From NCBI GenBank assembly GCA_900617105.1, contig UYFQ01000001.1:4464001-4528000 (forward strand): a stretch of 64,000 bases of DNA, read 5' to 3'. Origin of the DNA: Hydrurus foetidus. Lineage: Eukaryota. Both the position numbers and the translations under genes were made by a program. The first letter of the stretch is position 1; each line of letters starts with the position of its first letter. The notes under the pieces are model-generated. The model saw only the letters and a list, made by a program, of their open reading frames with translations, had not been told where the DNA came from and did not search any database. Of this stretch, positions 18,973-31,402 are shown one piece after another.

Positions 18973-19947
18973 TCAGGCTTCGGTCAACACCGCGCGCAAT
19001 GTACTGCGCACCAAGGGTATTTTGAAATCGTTGTGACCAAAGCCGCGCGCACCTTGCAGCACACGTGCTGCAGCTGCGTCCGCGCTGGCTGCGTTGACTG
19101 GCGCACCCGCCAAAGCAGTTTCTGCCTGCAGCACACGCCATGGCTGGTGTGCCAGCCCGCCAAATGCCATGCGGGCCGTACGCACCACGCCGCCCGAAAC
19201 GTCGAGAATAGCCGCTACTGAAACCGTAGCAAATGCATAAGACGCCCGGTCACGCACCTTGCGGTAAACATGCTTGCCGGGCAGAGGGGGTGGCAGCGTG
19301 ACTGCGGTGATCATTTCGCCCGGCTGCAGGCTGGTTTCAATTTGCGGCGTGTTACCCGGCAGCCGGTGGAAGTCAGCAATGGGTATCACTCGCCTGGCAC
19401 CTTGCGGTGTGATGGTTTCAACCCGCGCATCAAGCACTCGCATGGCCACGGCCATGTCGGAAGGGTGAGTGGCAATGCATTGGTCGCTGGTGCCCAACAC
19501 GGCGTGCAGGCGGTTATAGCCCTGCAAGGCTGAGCAACCTGAACCCGGCGTGCGTTTGTTGCAAGCCTGTGCCGTGTTATAAAAATAGTAGCAACGCGTG
19601 CGCTGCAGCAAGTTGCCGCCCGTTGTGGCCTTGTTGCGCAGCTGGCCTGATGCGCCGCTGAGCAATGCGCGGCTGAGCACTGCGTAATCTTTTCGAATTT
19701 GTGGGTCTGCCGCCAGGTCTGAGTTGCGCACCATCGCGCCAATACGCACACCGCCGTCGGCCGTTGGCTCGGTTTTATCCAACCCAAGCCGCGTGATGTC
19801 GATTAAATGCAGCGGCGTTTCGACTTGCAGCTTCATCAAGTCAAGCAGATTGGTGCCACCTGCAATAAATTTGGCGCCCGGCTTGGCCATTGCCGCTGCG
19901 GCGGCGGCTTCCGGTGACGCGGCGCGCTCGTAGGTAAACGATTTCAT
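18973..19947 (-). CDS. paoB: FAD-binding subunit (PaoB/YagS-like)
   Basis: [51 protein letters not shown]. Confidence 0.92.
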   Translation of the reverse strand: MKSFTYERAASPEAAAAAAMAKPGAKFIAGGTNLLDLMKLQVETPLHLIDITRLGLDKTEPTADGGVRIGAMVRNSDLAADPQIRKDYAVLSRALLSGASGQLRNKATTGGNLLQRTRCYYFYNTAQACNKRTPGSGCSALQGYNRLHAVLGTSDQCIATHPSDMAVAMRVLDARVETITPQGARRVIPIADFHRLPGNTPQIETSLQPGEMITAVTLPPPLPGKHVYRKVRDRASYAFATVSVAAILDVSGGVVRTARMAFGGLAHQPWRVLQAETALAGAPVNAASADAAAARVLQGARGFGHNDFKIPLVRSTLRAVLTEA

Positions 19948-20633
19948 GCTGCTGCTCCTGCTACGTCGCGGATGGCCGCCACGATGTTGGGGTACGCGCT
20001 GCAGCGGCAAATGTTGCCACTCATGCGCTCTCTTATTTCTTCATCGGTGAGCGCGCTGCCTGCGCCTTGCAGGTCTTGAGTGACGTGGCTGGGCATGCCG
20101 GCCTTGGCCTCTGCCAGCATGCCGACTGACGAGCAAATCTGACCGGGCGTGCAATACCCGCACTGAAAGCCGTCGTGCTTGATAAACGCTGTCTGCATGG
20201 GGTGCAGCGCCTCGCCATTCGACAAGCCCTCAATCGTAGTGATTGCCTGGCCTTCGTGCATGACTGCCAGGGTCAAACACGAATTGATTCGCTTGCCGTC
20301 GACCAACACCGTGCAAGCTCCGCACTGGCCGTGGTCGCAGCCTTTTTTAGAGCCCTTCAGATTCATGTTTTCGCGCAGCGCATCCAGCAGGCTGGTGCGG
20401 CCGTCGATGGTCAGTGGGTAGGCTTGGCCATTGACTTGCAGGTCTATTCGCATCATGACGGGGTTGGGTTCACTGCCATCTGCAACGTCGCCTGGCGAAT
20501 TGGCTGTGGGCTCAGAGGCGCATCCCACCAGCGGTGCGGCCACCACAGCAGTACTGACCTGCACCATTGCGCGGCGCGACAGGCGATAAGAATTGATAGC
20601 TTGCTGCCCCGGCGGCACGGCTGGCTTGGTCAT
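19944..20633 (-). CDS. paoA: 2Fe-2S subunit with twin-arginine-like leader (PaoA/YagT-like)
   Basis: LSRRAM leader; [29 protein letters not shown]. Confidence 0.92.
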   Translation of the reverse strand: MTKPAVPPGQQAINSYRLSRRAMVQVSTAVVAAPLVGCASEPTANSPGDVADGSEPNPVMMRIDLQVNGQAYPLTIDGRTSLLDALRENMNLKGSKKGCDHGQCGACTVLVDGKRINSCLTLAVMHEGQAITTIEGLSNGEALHPMQTAFIKHDGFQCGYCTPGQICSSVGMLAEAKAGMPSHVTQDLQGAGSALTDEEIRERMSGNICRCSAYPNIVAAIRDVAGAAA

Positions 20634-20754
20634 GGGTTTTCCTTGGATGGATAGTGGGTTTTTCATTGATGCGCCATGATTGCATCGATGCAAAAAATGT
20701 TTGCAGGCCAAGGCTTGCAAGGCGCGTCAGAAAACCGCCCGAGAGCAATTGCCT

Positions 20755-20960
20755 GCTGCTTCGCCACCATCAAGGTAAACGGCCACACGCAGGCCTGCAC
20801 CGTGACCAGCACGCCTACCAGGCAGGCCGGTGCTATCGAATGCCAAAAGCAAAAAGCCCAGGCCCGCCAGCATGAGCACCACCGGCACAGCGCCCAGCAG
20901 GGTAGATATCGTCATGTTGCCGAACGGGTTGTAGATTTGCTGCCACAAGATCGGTTGCAT
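20755..20960 (-). pseudogene. L-lactate permease remnant (5' end joined to 3' end, out of frame)
   Basis: WQQIYNPFGNMTISTLLGAVPVVLMLAGLGF, then in another frame FWHSIAPACLVGVLVTVQACVWPF; these resemble the N- and C-termini of LctP-family permeases. Confidence 0.7.
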
Positions 20961-21127
20961 GTTGTTTTCTGACTTTTAGTACAACAGTGGCTTCATTCAG
21001 CCAAGCGGTACAAATGTCAGTGAAACACGGTACATCGCCACAGCATGTAGGCGGTGCGCTGCATATGGCAATAGTCGGCATGCAGCGTTTTAGGCTCTTG
21101 TTTGAATATTTTCAAGGCCGAAATATT

Positions 21128-21174
21128 GATGTCGCTCAATAAATACGCGCGCAATCAGCTATTAATACAGTAGC
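21128..21174 (-). repeat. Dispersed ~48-bp motif, copy 5
   Basis: revcomp gctactgtattaatagc-tgattgcgcgc-gtatttatt-gagcgac. Confidence 0.7.
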
Positions 21175-21298
21175 TAAGAATACGGTGCTTCTGGCAGTAG
21201 TCAACCATTTATTACTTGGTAAAAAAGTATCGCGCAGCTACTGATGTGTCGAAAAGTAGGCATCTTAAAATTAGGGTCATTCTCTTTAGGAGCAGAAC

Positions 21299-21514
21299 AT
21301 GAAGGCATTGAAGTTTTTACTCGCTGTGGTGGGCACCAGCTTATGCGCGCTGCAGGGCTGCACGGTGCTGGCCATAGCTGACGCTGTTGGTTCAGTGGCT
21401 GTGGGCACAGTGGGCTTGGCTGCCGACGCCGCCATTGGCACAGTCAGGCTGGGTGGCAAAGCAGTGGGCGCAGTTGCCGACGCGGTGATTCCAGGCGGAG
21501 ACGAGAAAAAATAG
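21299..21514 (+). CDS. Small putative lipoprotein, Gly/Ala-rich
   Basis: AGGAG RBS; LQGC lipobox; amphipathic AVG repeats. Confidence 0.75.
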   Translation: MKALKFLLAVVGTSLCALQGCTVLAIADAVGSVAVGTVGLAADAAIGTVRLGGKAVGAVADAVIPGGDEKK

Positions 21515-21598
21515 CGCAGGGCAGGGCGCAGCGTGGCAAACTGAAGCGGTTGTGGTGGGAATGCCCGCCACTAACTCTCAAAATTCTTTGGAGCAAGA

Positions 21599-22216
21599 AT
21601 GAATACACAATCAACTTCGCAATTACCAGTTTCTAGCGGCAACCCCTGCCCTTTTTTGCGCGCGCTTGTTGCTGACGGCAAGTTGCAAGACGATGTTGAG
21701 CCGCTGACCAACATGGTCAGCGTTATCGGTGCCGTGGTTAAACACGGCGAAAGCACCCCCGCACTAACCGCGCCTGGCATCTACGCAATTGCCATGGTGG
21801 CCAACGGCGTGGGGCCTGTGGCAGTGCTAAAAACGAACCTGCACGGCGTGCGCCTTAACGAACTGCGCAACGGCCCGTTCGATAAAAAAGGCGTTGGCTC
21901 TGGCATTTTGGATGTGGCGGGAAAAGTCGATGCAAAGCAACTCGCCCGACTGCAAGAATTCGCCAGCCCCAAAACTAGTGGCGACGGCAAGTCGGAACCT
22001 GGCCTGAACCTGGCCGAAGTCAACCGATTTTTAGACGCCAACTTTGAACGCGCAAAAGGCAAACGGCGCATAGTCGACCGCGGCCTGATGAACGGCGAAT
22101 TCCCCGTGCTGCTGAAAGTAATGGGTAAAGACAGCCCGGATGGGCGCTATTTGAGTGTGGCTGAGGTGCAAACGCTGTTTGTGGAACGGCAACTGCCTGA
22201 GCGGCTGAGAGGGTAA
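21599..22216 (+). CDS. Hypothetical protein with N-terminal PCP motif, caleosin/peroxygenase-like C-terminus
   Basis: GGAG RBS, 205 aa; NPCPFLRAL. Function not established. Confidence 0.7.
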   Translation: MNTQSTSQLPVSSGNPCPFLRALVADGKLQDDVEPLTNMVSVIGAVVKHGESTPALTAPGIYAIAMVANGVGPVAVLKTNLHGVRLNELRNGPFDKKGVGSGILDVAGKVDAKQLARLQEFASPKTSGDGKSEPGLNLAEVNRFLDANFERAKGKRRIVDRGLMNGEFPVLLKVMGKDSPDGRYLSVAEVQTLFVERQLPERLRG

Positions 22217-22660
22217 TAGCTTTTGGGCACTAAGCGGTTTGCAAAGCCTGAAAGCGTTTGTGAGCTTGCAAGGGCTGATTTTGAGTTGGTTCTTAGTGCT
22301 TGATCGGTGTCTTGACCAATGAATTTGGGCGCGAGCGGCTCTTTGATTTGTAGCGGTTTGCCTTCACGTGGTTTGCCGGGGTTGCCCGGCGGCAAGTCAC
22401 TTTTCTTTGCTTCGCCAAAGAAAAGTAAGCAAAAGAAAGGCGACCCTACTGTCTGCGATCCGTCGCTTCGCTACGGATACCCTGCGGTGCTCGGCTTAGC
22501 CGGAAATTTTAGAAACTAGCCTGCTAAAGCAGTCGTCGGACATCTAAAATTTTTATCCGTCTACTCCTGAGCTCCTCAGCGCCTACAGAAGGGTTGGGGC
22601 AGCGGGGATGGATTCGGACTTCACTCCCTCTCCCTCCGGGAGAGGGTAGGGGTGTATTGG

Positions 22661-23859
<1,199 letters not shown>

Positions 23860-24192
23860 TTATGCCATTTCGGTTTTAACAACCTATTGAGCTGTCTGTT
23901 TTTATTAGACCACTACAGGGTGAGGGCATTCCCGAATCCGACCCCGAATTCATTCCCCACCCCGTCCTGGCTGGGCTTGAAAAAGCTGGAGGAAACGGAT
24001 CAAGAAATTTAGATGTCCGACGGCTGCGCAGCAGACTAGTTTCTAAATTTCCCGTTTCCTTCAGCTTTTTCAAGGAACCGCGAAGCGGCCCAGACTGCGG
24101 GTCGCCTTTCTTTTGCTTACTTTTCTTTGGCGAAGCAAAGAAAAGTGAGTCGCCCGCCGGGGCGAGTCCCGGCAGCTAGGTGAAAGTAAAAC

Positions 24193-24240
24193 GCTATTAA
24201 TTCAGGAGCTGCTTGCGCCCGTATTTATTGGCCTAGAGCC
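24193..24240 (+). repeat. Dispersed ~48-bp motif, copy 6
   Basis: gctattaattcaggagc-tgcttgcgccc-gtatttatt-ggcctagagcc. Confidence 0.8.
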
Positions 24241-24368
24241 CTAAAAATATCTGAAATTGATCATTCTCAAGAGTTTCCAAGCTCTTTTCCAAAATTAATC
24301 GGGTTTTGCCTCGAATTGTTCTCCGCAGTGAACAAAATGCAGGTCGACTTCCAATACGCATCGACAGA

Positions 24369-24953
24369 TCAAAGTTTTCCGTTGTAGGTGATGTCTAAAT
24401 GGTCTACGCCCACGTCTTTGCGAACAGCGTTGAGAAGAATGAGCGCCTTTGCACGAACAGTTTGCCAACAGTAAGTTTCCGAGCCCTGTGTTATCAAAAG
24501 GAGATGATCCATAAGATCATCTTGTGCATCAATAACGCCTTGCGGCGCGAACATCGCCATGTATCCATAAAGCTGTATGCGTCGGTAATTGAGGTTGTCG
24601 AGCTGCTTTGCAGCTTCTTCCGCAGAGAGGCGGCCCACCTCTTGTGCATCTAAGTTGCCCAATAACTGCGCGATTAAATCGATAATTCCTCGGTAAATCT
24701 GTACCTTGTCGTTACGAACAGATGAGCGCACTTCTTTGACTAGGTCAAGCTCTCTCGCTAAAGAATTAAGGGATACGTCAAGCTGGTGCTGGGTATTCGC
24801 AAGATTAGTTTGCAGTCTATGGGTCTCATTTGTCAAAATTCGGTCTGCCCAAATTTTGCCGAGCCAAGAGGCAAGTGCCGTGATAATTGCCCCAGCGGAA
24901 GCTACTGAAAAAAGTGCGGCTATCGTTACTCGAAATGTATCTTCCCAAGTCAT
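24369..24953 (-). CDS. Hypothetical protein, N-terminal membrane anchor and coiled coil, AT-richer than flanks
   Basis: GAGGAG RBS before ATG 24953; hydrophobic TIAALFSVASAGAIITALASWLG. Confidence 0.7.
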   Translation of the reverse strand: MTWEDTFRVTIAALFSVASAGAIITALASWLGKIWADRILTNETHRLQTNLANTQHQLDVSLNSLARELDLVKEVRSSVRNDKVQIYRGIIDLIAQLLGNLDAQEVGRLSAEEAAKQLDNLNYRRIQLYGYMAMFAPQGVIDAQDDLMDHLLLITQGSETYCWQTVRAKALILLNAVRKDVGVDHLDITYNGKL

Positions 24954-25108
24954 ATACGTAGGGCTCCTCGCGAGTTGTGCAGCAGAAATTGCAAAGAAAA
25001 CTGCTGGGATGAAGTCAAGTGACAAAAAGTTTTCTGTGACGGTCTTATGAATTTATTCAAAAACGAATTTTTCAGGCAAGTTTGCTGCCTTTGCGCGTTT
25101 CGCCCCGC

Positions 25109-26305
25109 TCAAACCACCGCCGCAATACTCGCACAAACATGCGCAATATTCCCACTATTAAGAGCCGCAACACACATCCGCCCAGCATCCGTCCCATAAA
25201 CCCCAAACTCACTCCGCAACCTCTGCATTTGTTCTTTAGACAGGCCCGAGTAGCTGAACATACCAATCTGGTCGGTGATGAAGCTCATGTCCTGCTTCAC
25301 ACCCGCCGCTTTCAAACCATCGACCAGCTTTTGCCGCATGGCTTTGATGCGAACGCGCATCTCGGTCAGCTCGGCCTCCCACTGGGCACGCAGCTCAGGG
25401 GTGTTCAGCACCGTGGCCACCACCGTTGCGCCGTGGATTTGCGGGTTGCTGTAGTTGGTGCGAATGACCAGTTTCAGCTGGCTCAGCACGCGGTCGGCTT
25501 CTTCCTTGCTGGCGCAGACGACGGACAGCGCGCCGACGCGCTCGCCATACAAAGAGAAGCTTTTGCTGAACGAGGTGGAGACGAAAAAGTTCAGCCCAGC
25601 GGCGACAAACTTGGCAACCGCCGCGCCGTCCTCCTGAATCCCGTAGCCAAAGCCCTGGTAGGCCATGTCTAAAAACGGTGTGATGCTGCGTGCCTTGACG
25701 ACGGCAATGACCTGATCCCACTGGGCGGGTGTGATGTCGTAACCGGTTGGGTTGTGGCAGCAGGCGTGCAGCACGGCAATGGTGCCGGCCTCGGCACTGT
25801 TCAAGGCTGCCAGCATGCCGTCAAAGTTAACGCCGCGTTTGGCTGCGTCGTAATACGGGTGGCTGATGACGTCAAAACCGGCCTGGGTAAACAGGGCTTT
25901 GTGGTTTTCCCAGCTGGGGTCTGAAATCATCACTTTGGCGTTTGGGCTGAGCTTTTTCAAGAAGTCGGCACCGATTTTCAATCCGCCAGTGCCGCCAATG
26001 CCCTGGGCCGTGGCCACGCGGCCGGTTTTTACCGGCTCGCTTTCTGCGCCAAACACCAGCGCCTTCACAGCTGAGTCATAAGCGGCAATGCCGTCAATCG
26101 GCAAGTAACCGCGCGGCTTGGGGGACGCCATCATCAGCTTTTCAGCGGCTTGTACGCAGGCCAGCAGGGGCAGCTTTCCGTTGTCGTCGTAGTACACGCC
26201 CACGCCCAGGTTGACTTTATTGGGGTTGCTGTCAGCCGCAAAGGCTTCGTTGATACCCAAAATCGGGTCGCGTGGGGCCATTTCGACGGTGGTGAACAAA
26301 GACAT
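25109..26305 (-). CDS. tyrB: Aromatic amino acid/aspartate aminotransferase
   Basis: MSLFTTVEMAPRDPILG, NLGVGVY, HACCHNPTG, DMAYQGF, SFSKSFSLYGERVG; true start 26305. Confidence 0.93.
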   Translation of the reverse strand: MSLFTTVEMAPRDPILGINEAFAADSNPNKVNLGVGVYYDDNGKLPLLACVQAAEKLMMASPKPRGYLPIDGIAAYDSAVKALVFGAESEPVKTGRVATAQGIGGTGGLKIGADFLKKLSPNAKVMISDPSWENHKALFTQAGFDVISHPYYDAAKRGVNFDGMLAALNSAEAGTIAVLHACCHNPTGYDITPAQWDQVIAVVKARSITPFLDMAYQGFGYGIQEDGAAVAKFVAAGLNFFVSTSFSKSFSLYGERVGALSVVCASKEEADRVLSQLKLVIRTNYSNPQIHGATVVATVLNTPELRAQWEAELTEMRVRIKAMRQKLVDGLKAAGVKQDMSFITDQIGMFSYSGLSKEQMQRLRSEFGVYGTDAGRMCVAALNSGNIAHVCASIAAVV

Positions 26306-26401
26306 GTGACTCCTGAAAGTTAAAAAAGACGTAAGCTTGTCGGTTGCACTTAATTTTAACGGCCTCAGATGCTGGTCTAAACGTGATTTATCGAGGGTCC
26401 C

Positions 26402-28522
26402 ATGCCAGAAGTACTTGAACTCATCACCCCAACGAATGACGCCACGACAAAAGGCACGTTCGTCACCTTTCCTGATTCGCCTTTTGAGTTGTTTCAGCCC
26501 TACCTGCCCGCAGGTGACCAGCCGCAAGCCATTGAAAAGCTGGTCGAGGGCGTGAACGACGGTGAGGTGTTTCAAACCCTGCTCGGCGTGACAGGTTCGG
26601 GCAAAACTTACACCATGGCCAACGTGATTGCGCGCCTGGGCAAGCCAGCGATTGTGTTTGCGCCCAACAAAACACTGGCCGCGCAGTTGTACAGCGAGTT
26701 CCGTGAGTTTTTTCCGAAAAACGCGGTGGAATATTTTGTCAGCTACTACGACTATTACCAGCCTGAAGCGTATGTGCCGCAGCGCGATTTGTTCATCGAA
26801 AAAGACTCGGCGATTAACGAGCACATTGAGCAAATGCGCTTGTCGGCTACCAAAAGCGTGCTGGAGCGGCGCGACACCATCATTGTGGCCACGGTCAGCG
26901 CGATTTACGGCATTGGCGCACCCGAGGACTACACGCAGATGCGGTTCATTGCGCGCGTGGCCGACAAGATGGGCCAGCGCGATGTGATTGCGCGGCTCAT
27001 TCGCATGCAGTACCAGCGCAACGACCAGGACTTTTCACGCGGCACTTTTCGGGTGCGGGGCGATGTGATTGACGTATTCCCGGCGGAGCATTCCGAGCTG
27101 GCCTTGCGCATTGAGCTGTTTGACGACGAAATCGAATCGCTGCAGCTGTTTGACCCGCTGACGGGCCGCATTCGGCAAAAAGTGCCGCGCTTCGTGGTCT
27201 ACCCCAAAAGCCATTACGTCACCCCGCGTGACAAGGTGATGACGTCGATTGAAACGATCAAACTTGAGCTGGCTGACCGCATCGATTATTTCGTCAAACA
27301 GGGCAAGCTGGTCGAGGCTCAACGCATTGAGCAGCGCACCCGGTTTGACCTGGAAATGCTGAGCGAGATTGGCCACTGCAAGGGCATTGAAAACTACACT
27401 CGCCACTTAAGCGGCGCGCCGCCGGGCTCACCGCCATCCACGCTGTGCGACTACATGCCCAAAGACGCGGTGATGTTTTTGGACGAAAGCCACGTGATGA
27501 TTGGCCAGCTGAACGCCATGTACAACGGCGACCGGGCTCGCAAAAACAACTTGGTGGACTACGGTTTCAGATTACCCAGCGCACTAGACAACCGGCCACT
27601 GAAGTTTGAAGAATTCGAAACCAAAATGCGCCAGGCGATTTTCGTGTCGGCCACACCCGCTGCTTACGAAAAAGAGCACGCCGGGCAGGTGGTTGAACAA
27701 GTCGTGCGGCCTACTGGCTTGGTGGACCCGCAAGTCGAGGTGCGCCCAGCAGTCAACCAAGTGGACGATGTGCTGGGTGAAATTCGCATTCGCGTTGATA
27801 AAAACGAGCGCGTGCTGATCACCACGCTGACCAAGCGCATGGCCGAGCAGCTGACGGATTACCTCAGCGAAAACGGCGTGAAAGTGCGCTACCTGCACAG
27901 CGATGTGGACACGGTCGAGCGGGTTGAGATTTTGCGTGACCTGCGCTTGGGTGCGTTTGATGTGCTGGTCGGCATTAATTTGCTGCGCGAAGGTTTGGAC
28001 ATTCCCGAGGTGTCGCTCGTGGCGATTCTGGATGCCGACAAAGAAGGCTTCTTGCGCGCCGAACGCAGCTTGATTCAAACCATTGGCCGTGCGGCGCGTA
28101 ATCTGAATGGCCGGGCGATTTTGTATGCCGACCGCGTCACTGATTCAATGGCCAAGGCCATGAGCGAAACCGAGCGCCGCCGCAACAAACAAATTGCGCA
28201 CAACATTGAACACAACATCACGCCGAAAAGCGTGGTGAAGCGCATCAAGGATTTGATCGACGGTGTGTACAGCGAAAAGTCAGGCAAAGAGGCCGACAAG
28301 CTCTTGATGCAAAAAGCGCTGGTGGAAGACATGAGCGACAAAGACGTGTCGCGCGAAATCAAGCGGCTTGAAAAGCAGATGGTCGAGCACGCCAAAAATC
28401 TGGAATTTGAAAAAGCTGCGCGGGTGCGCGACCAGTTGCACATGCTCAAGGAGCAGGCTTTTGGGGCGGGGGGTTCTGACAACATCGTGCCGATCAGTGC
28501 TGCGGGGAGCGGAAGGGCGTAG
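26402..28522 (+). CDS. uvrB: Excinuclease ABC subunit B
   Basis: [37 protein letters not shown] domain. Confidence 0.98.
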   Translation: MPEVLELITPTNDATTKGTFVTFPDSPFELFQPYLPAGDQPQAIEKLVEGVNDGEVFQTLLGVTGSGKTYTMANVIARLGKPAIVFAPNKTLAAQLYSEFREFFPKNAVEYFVSYYDYYQPEAYVPQRDLFIEKDSAINEHIEQMRLSATKSVLERRDTIIVATVSAIYGIGAPEDYTQMRFIARVADKMGQRDVIARLIRMQYQRNDQDFSRGTFRVRGDVIDVFPAEHSELALRIELFDDEIESLQLFDPLTGRIRQKVPRFVVYPKSHYVTPRDKVMTSIETIKLELADRIDYFVKQGKLVEAQRIEQRTRFDLEMLSEIGHCKGIENYTRHLSGAPPGSPPSTLCDYMPKDAVMFLDESHVMIGQLNAMYNGDRARKNNLVDYGFRLPSALDNRPLKFEEFETKMRQAIFVSATPAAYEKEHAGQVVEQVVRPTGLVDPQVEVRPAVNQVDDVLGEIRIRVDKNERVLITTLTKRMAEQLTDYLSENGVKVRYLHSDVDTVERVEILRDLRLGAFDVLVGINLLREGLDIPEVSLVAILDADKEGFLRAERSLIQTIGRAARNLNGRAILYADRVTDSMAKAMSETERRRNKQIAHNIEHNITPKSVVKRIKDLIDGVYSEKSGKEADKLLMQKALVEDMSDKDVSREIKRLEKQMVEHAKNLEFEKAARVRDQLHMLKEQAFGAGGSDNIVPISAAGSGRA

Positions 28523-28527
28523 GTCAT

Positions 28528-28572
28528 AAGAAAGAAAGAAAGAGAGAAAGAGAGAAAGAGAGAAAGAGAAAG
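28528..28572 (+). repeat. Purine-only (AAAG/AGAGAAAG) tandem repeat tract
   Basis: aagaaagaaagaaagagagaaagagagaaagagagaaagagaaag. Confidence 0.85.
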
Positions 28573-28646
28573 TCGTTTACTCGGGAATTAATACTGGCAA
28601 GTCTTTTTCCCAACTTGCAAGTCTGCAAAGATTCTCTGGTGGTGAT

Positions 28647-28671
28647 ATACTTGACTCAATCAGTCAGGAAC
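28647..28671 (+). promoter_or_regulatory. Putative IscR type-1 binding site
   Basis: ATACTTGACTCAATCAGTCAGGAAC resembles ATASYYGACTRWWWYAGTCRRSTAT and lies upstream of iscR. Confidence 0.7.
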
Positions 28672-28799
28672 GTTATCAAGAAAAGAAAATTCGCCCCATG
28701 AGCCGATTGACTGACCGGGGCGACCAGAGGAATTTAACTCTCTAAAAACATTTATTTTTAGAGTGAAAACGACAGTCAAGCTAACCAAAGGAGCTTGTT

Positions 28800-29336
28800 A
28801 TGCGCCTCACGACTAAAGGCCGCTTTGCGGTCACCGCCATGATTGATCTTGGCCTTCGCCAGAACAATGGTCCCGTCACGCTCGCTGCCATCAGCCAGCG
28901 CCAGCAAATCTCTTTGTCCTACCTGGAGCAGTTGTTCGGCAAGCTGCGCCGGCATGAACTGGTCGAGTCCACGCGCGGCCCAGGCGGCGGGTATACCCTT
29001 GGCCGCAAGGCTGCAGACATCACGGTGGCAGACATTATTGTGTCGGTCGACGAGCCGATCGACGCCACCCATTGCGCCGGAAAAGAAAACTGCCTGGGCG
29101 AGGGCGCCCGCTGTATGACGCATGACTTATGGGCGTCACTCAACAGCCGCATGGTGGAGTTTTTGGACTCGGTCAGCTTGCAAAAACTGGTAGACGACCA
29201 GCTCGCCAAGGGCGTAGTGGTTGAAAACATGCCAATGGTGAAAAAAGCAATTTTTACGACGCCTATGGTTAAGCCAGTGCGTGTCAACGCGCCAAACTCC
29301 GTTTTTGCTTTGGGTAATGTGTTTTTGAAGTCCTGA
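28800..29336 (+). CDS. iscR: Fe-S cluster assembly transcriptional regulator
   Basis: MRLTTKGRFAVTAM, RGPGGGY, C-x5-C-x6-C-MTH ligands. Confidence 0.95.
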   Translation: MRLTTKGRFAVTAMIDLGLRQNNGPVTLAAISQRQQISLSYLEQLFGKLRRHELVESTRGPGGGYTLGRKAADITVADIIVSVDEPIDATHCAGKENCLGEGARCMTHDLWASLNSRMVEFLDSVSLQKLVDDQLAKGVVVENMPMVKKAIFTTPMVKPVRVNAPNSVFALGNVFLKS

Positions 29337-29399
29337 ACCTCCGAAGCGTGATTTTTGAGTTATTTATTCGTAGCCCGCTAACTTATTGAGCCAGCCAAC

Positions 29400-30617
29400 A
29401 TGGAAACCCCACACTTCCCCATTTACATGGACTACAGCTCCACCAACCCGTGCGACCCACGGGTAGTGGATGCCATGATTCCGTGGTTACGCGAGCACTT
29501 TGGCAACCCCGCATCACGCAGCCATGCGTGGGGCTGGGAGGCCGAAGCCGCTGTTGAAAAAGCGCGTGAGCAGGTTGCGGAGCTGATTGGTGCTGATCCG
29601 CGCGAAATCGTCTGGACCAGCGGCGCAACCGAGTCGAACAACTTGGCCATCAAAGGCGCAGCGCAGTTTTACAAAACCAAAGGCAAGCACCTCATCACGG
29701 TCAAGACTGAGCACAAAGCAGTGCTCGACACATTCCGTGAGCTAGAGCGCCAGGGTTTCGATGCAACTTACCTCGACGTACAGGCCGACGGTTTGTTAGA
29801 CCTTGAAGTGTTGAAAGCCGCGATTCGGCCAGACACGATTTTGGTCAGCGTCATGTTCGTGAACAACGAAATTGGTGTGATTCAAGACGTAGCCGCGATT
29901 GGCGAGCTGTGCCGTGAAAAAGGCATCATCTTTCATACCGATGCAGCGCAGGCCACCGGCCGGGTAGACATCGATTTGACGGCATTGCCGATTGATTTGA
30001 TGAGCCTGACATCGCACAAAACCTACGGCCCCAAGGGAATAGGCGCGCTGTACGTTCGCCGTAAGCCGCGTATTCGGCTGGAAGCGCAAATGCACGGTGG
30101 CGGTCATGAGCGCGGCATGCGTTCAGGCACGCTGCCAACGCATCAATGTGTAGGCATGGGCGAGGCGTATCGCATTGCCAAGCTGGAAATGCATGAAGAA
30201 AACAAACGCATTCGCGGCCTGCAGCAGCGCATGTTGGCCGGCCTGAAAGATGTTGAAGAAGTGTTTTTGAATGGCCACGCCGAAAAGCGCGTGCCGCACA
30301 ACCTGAACATGAGCTTTAACTATGTTGAGGGCGAGTCGCTGATCATGGGCATCAAAGGCTTAGCCGTGTCGAGCGGTTCGGCCTGCACATCAGCTTCGTT
30401 AGAACCCAGCTATGTTTTACGCGCCTTGGGCCGCAGTGACGAGCTGGCTCACAGCAGCCTGCGCATGACGATGGGCCGCTGGACAACTGAAGAAGAAATT
30501 GACTACGCAGTGGGCACGATCAAAGAGAACGTGGCCAAGCTGCGCGAGCTGTCGCCTTTGTGGGACATGTTCAAAGAGGGAATTGATCTATCCACAATCC
30601 AATGGGCTGCCCACTAG
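29400..30617 (+). CDS. iscS: Cysteine desulfurase
   Basis: [35 protein letters not shown]. Confidence 0.97.
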   Translation: METPHFPIYMDYSSTNPCDPRVVDAMIPWLREHFGNPASRSHAWGWEAEAAVEKAREQVAELIGADPREIVWTSGATESNNLAIKGAAQFYKTKGKHLITVKTEHKAVLDTFRELERQGFDATYLDVQADGLLDLEVLKAAIRPDTILVSVMFVNNEIGVIQDVAAIGELCREKGIIFHTDAAQATGRVDIDLTALPIDLMSLTSHKTYGPKGIGALYVRRKPRIRLEAQMHGGGHERGMRSGTLPTHQCVGMGEAYRIAKLEMHEENKRIRGLQQRMLAGLKDVEEVFLNGHAEKRVPHNLNMSFNYVEGESLIMGIKGLAVSSGSACTSASLEPSYVLRALGRSDELAHSSLRMTMGRWTTEEEIDYAVGTIKENVAKLRELSPLWDMFKEGIDLSTIQWAAH

Positions 30618-30648
30618 ATTTTTCGTACCAAATTAAGAGGTAAACACC

Positions 30649-31056
30649 ATGGCTTATTCAGAAAAAGTAGTCGACCACTACGAAAACCCCCGCAACGTTG
30701 GCTCGTTTGAAAAAGGCGACGACACCGTAGGCACCGGCATGGTTGGTGCACCGGCTTGCGGCGACGTGATGAAGCTGCAAATCAAGGTCAACCCAGTGAC
30801 GGGCGTGATTGAAGACGCACGCTTTAAAACTTACGGTTGCGGCTCGGCGATTGCGTCCAGCTCACTCGTCACCGAGTGGGTCAAAGGCAAAACGTTAGAC
30901 GAAGCAGCAAGCATCAAAAATAGCGAAATCGCGCAAGAACTGGCTTTGCCACCGGTGAAAATTCACTGCTCAATTTTGGCTGAAGACGCCATCAAAGCTG
31001 CTGTGAGTGACTACAAGCAAAAGCATGCTCAAGCCGCAGTTGCAGTTGCAGCGTAA
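30649..31056 (+). CDS. iscU: Fe-S scaffold protein
   Basis: GAPACGDVM, GCGSAIAS, LPPVKIHC. Confidence 0.97.
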   Translation: MAYSEKVVDHYENPRNVGSFEKGDDTVGTGMVGAPACGDVMKLQIKVNPVTGVIEDARFKTYGCGSAIASSSLVTEWVKGKTLDEAASIKNSEIAQELALPPVKIHCSILAEDAIKAAVSDYKQKHAQAAVAVAA

Positions 31057-31078
31057 ACATTAGCCAAGAAAAAACCAA

Positions 31079-31402
31079 ATGCCCGTAACGCTGACTGACG
31101 CCGCTGCACGCCACGTGACCCGCTACATGACCAAGCGCGGCAAGGGCGTGGGTGTACGGCTAGGTGTCAAAACCACGGGCTGTTCAGGCCTGGCTTACAA
31201 GCTCGAATATGCCGATGACATCGCGCCTGAAGATGTGGTGTTTGAAGACAACGGCGTGAAGGTGTTGGTCGACCCGAAAAGCATGGCCTATATCGACGGA
31301 ACGCAGCTTGATTTTGTGCGCGAGGGTTTGAATGAGGGTTTCAAATTCCTCAACCCGAACGAGCGTGATCGTTGTGGGTGCGGTGAGTCTTTCCGCGTGT
31401 GA
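31079..31402 (+). CDS. iscA: Fe-S assembly protein
   Basis: [15 protein letters not shown]. Confidence 0.96.
   Translation: MPVTLTDAAARHVTRYMTKRGKGVGVRLGVKTTGCSGLAYKLEYADDIAPEDVVFEDNGVKVLVDPKSMAYIDGTQLDFVREGLNEGFKFLNPNERDRCGCGESFRV

Noticed and set aside
22319..22519. Small ORFs inside the palindromic element arms (also 23876..24073)
   Set aside because: Translations of repeat DNA with no RBS or family motif.
26306..26401. LexA box upstream of uvrB
   Set aside because: No CTGT-N8-ACAG site found in the intergenic region.
26306..26833. 5' extension of the 574-aa ORF 25109..26833
   Set aside because: It is antisense to uvrB; the aminotransferase homology starts at ATG 26305.
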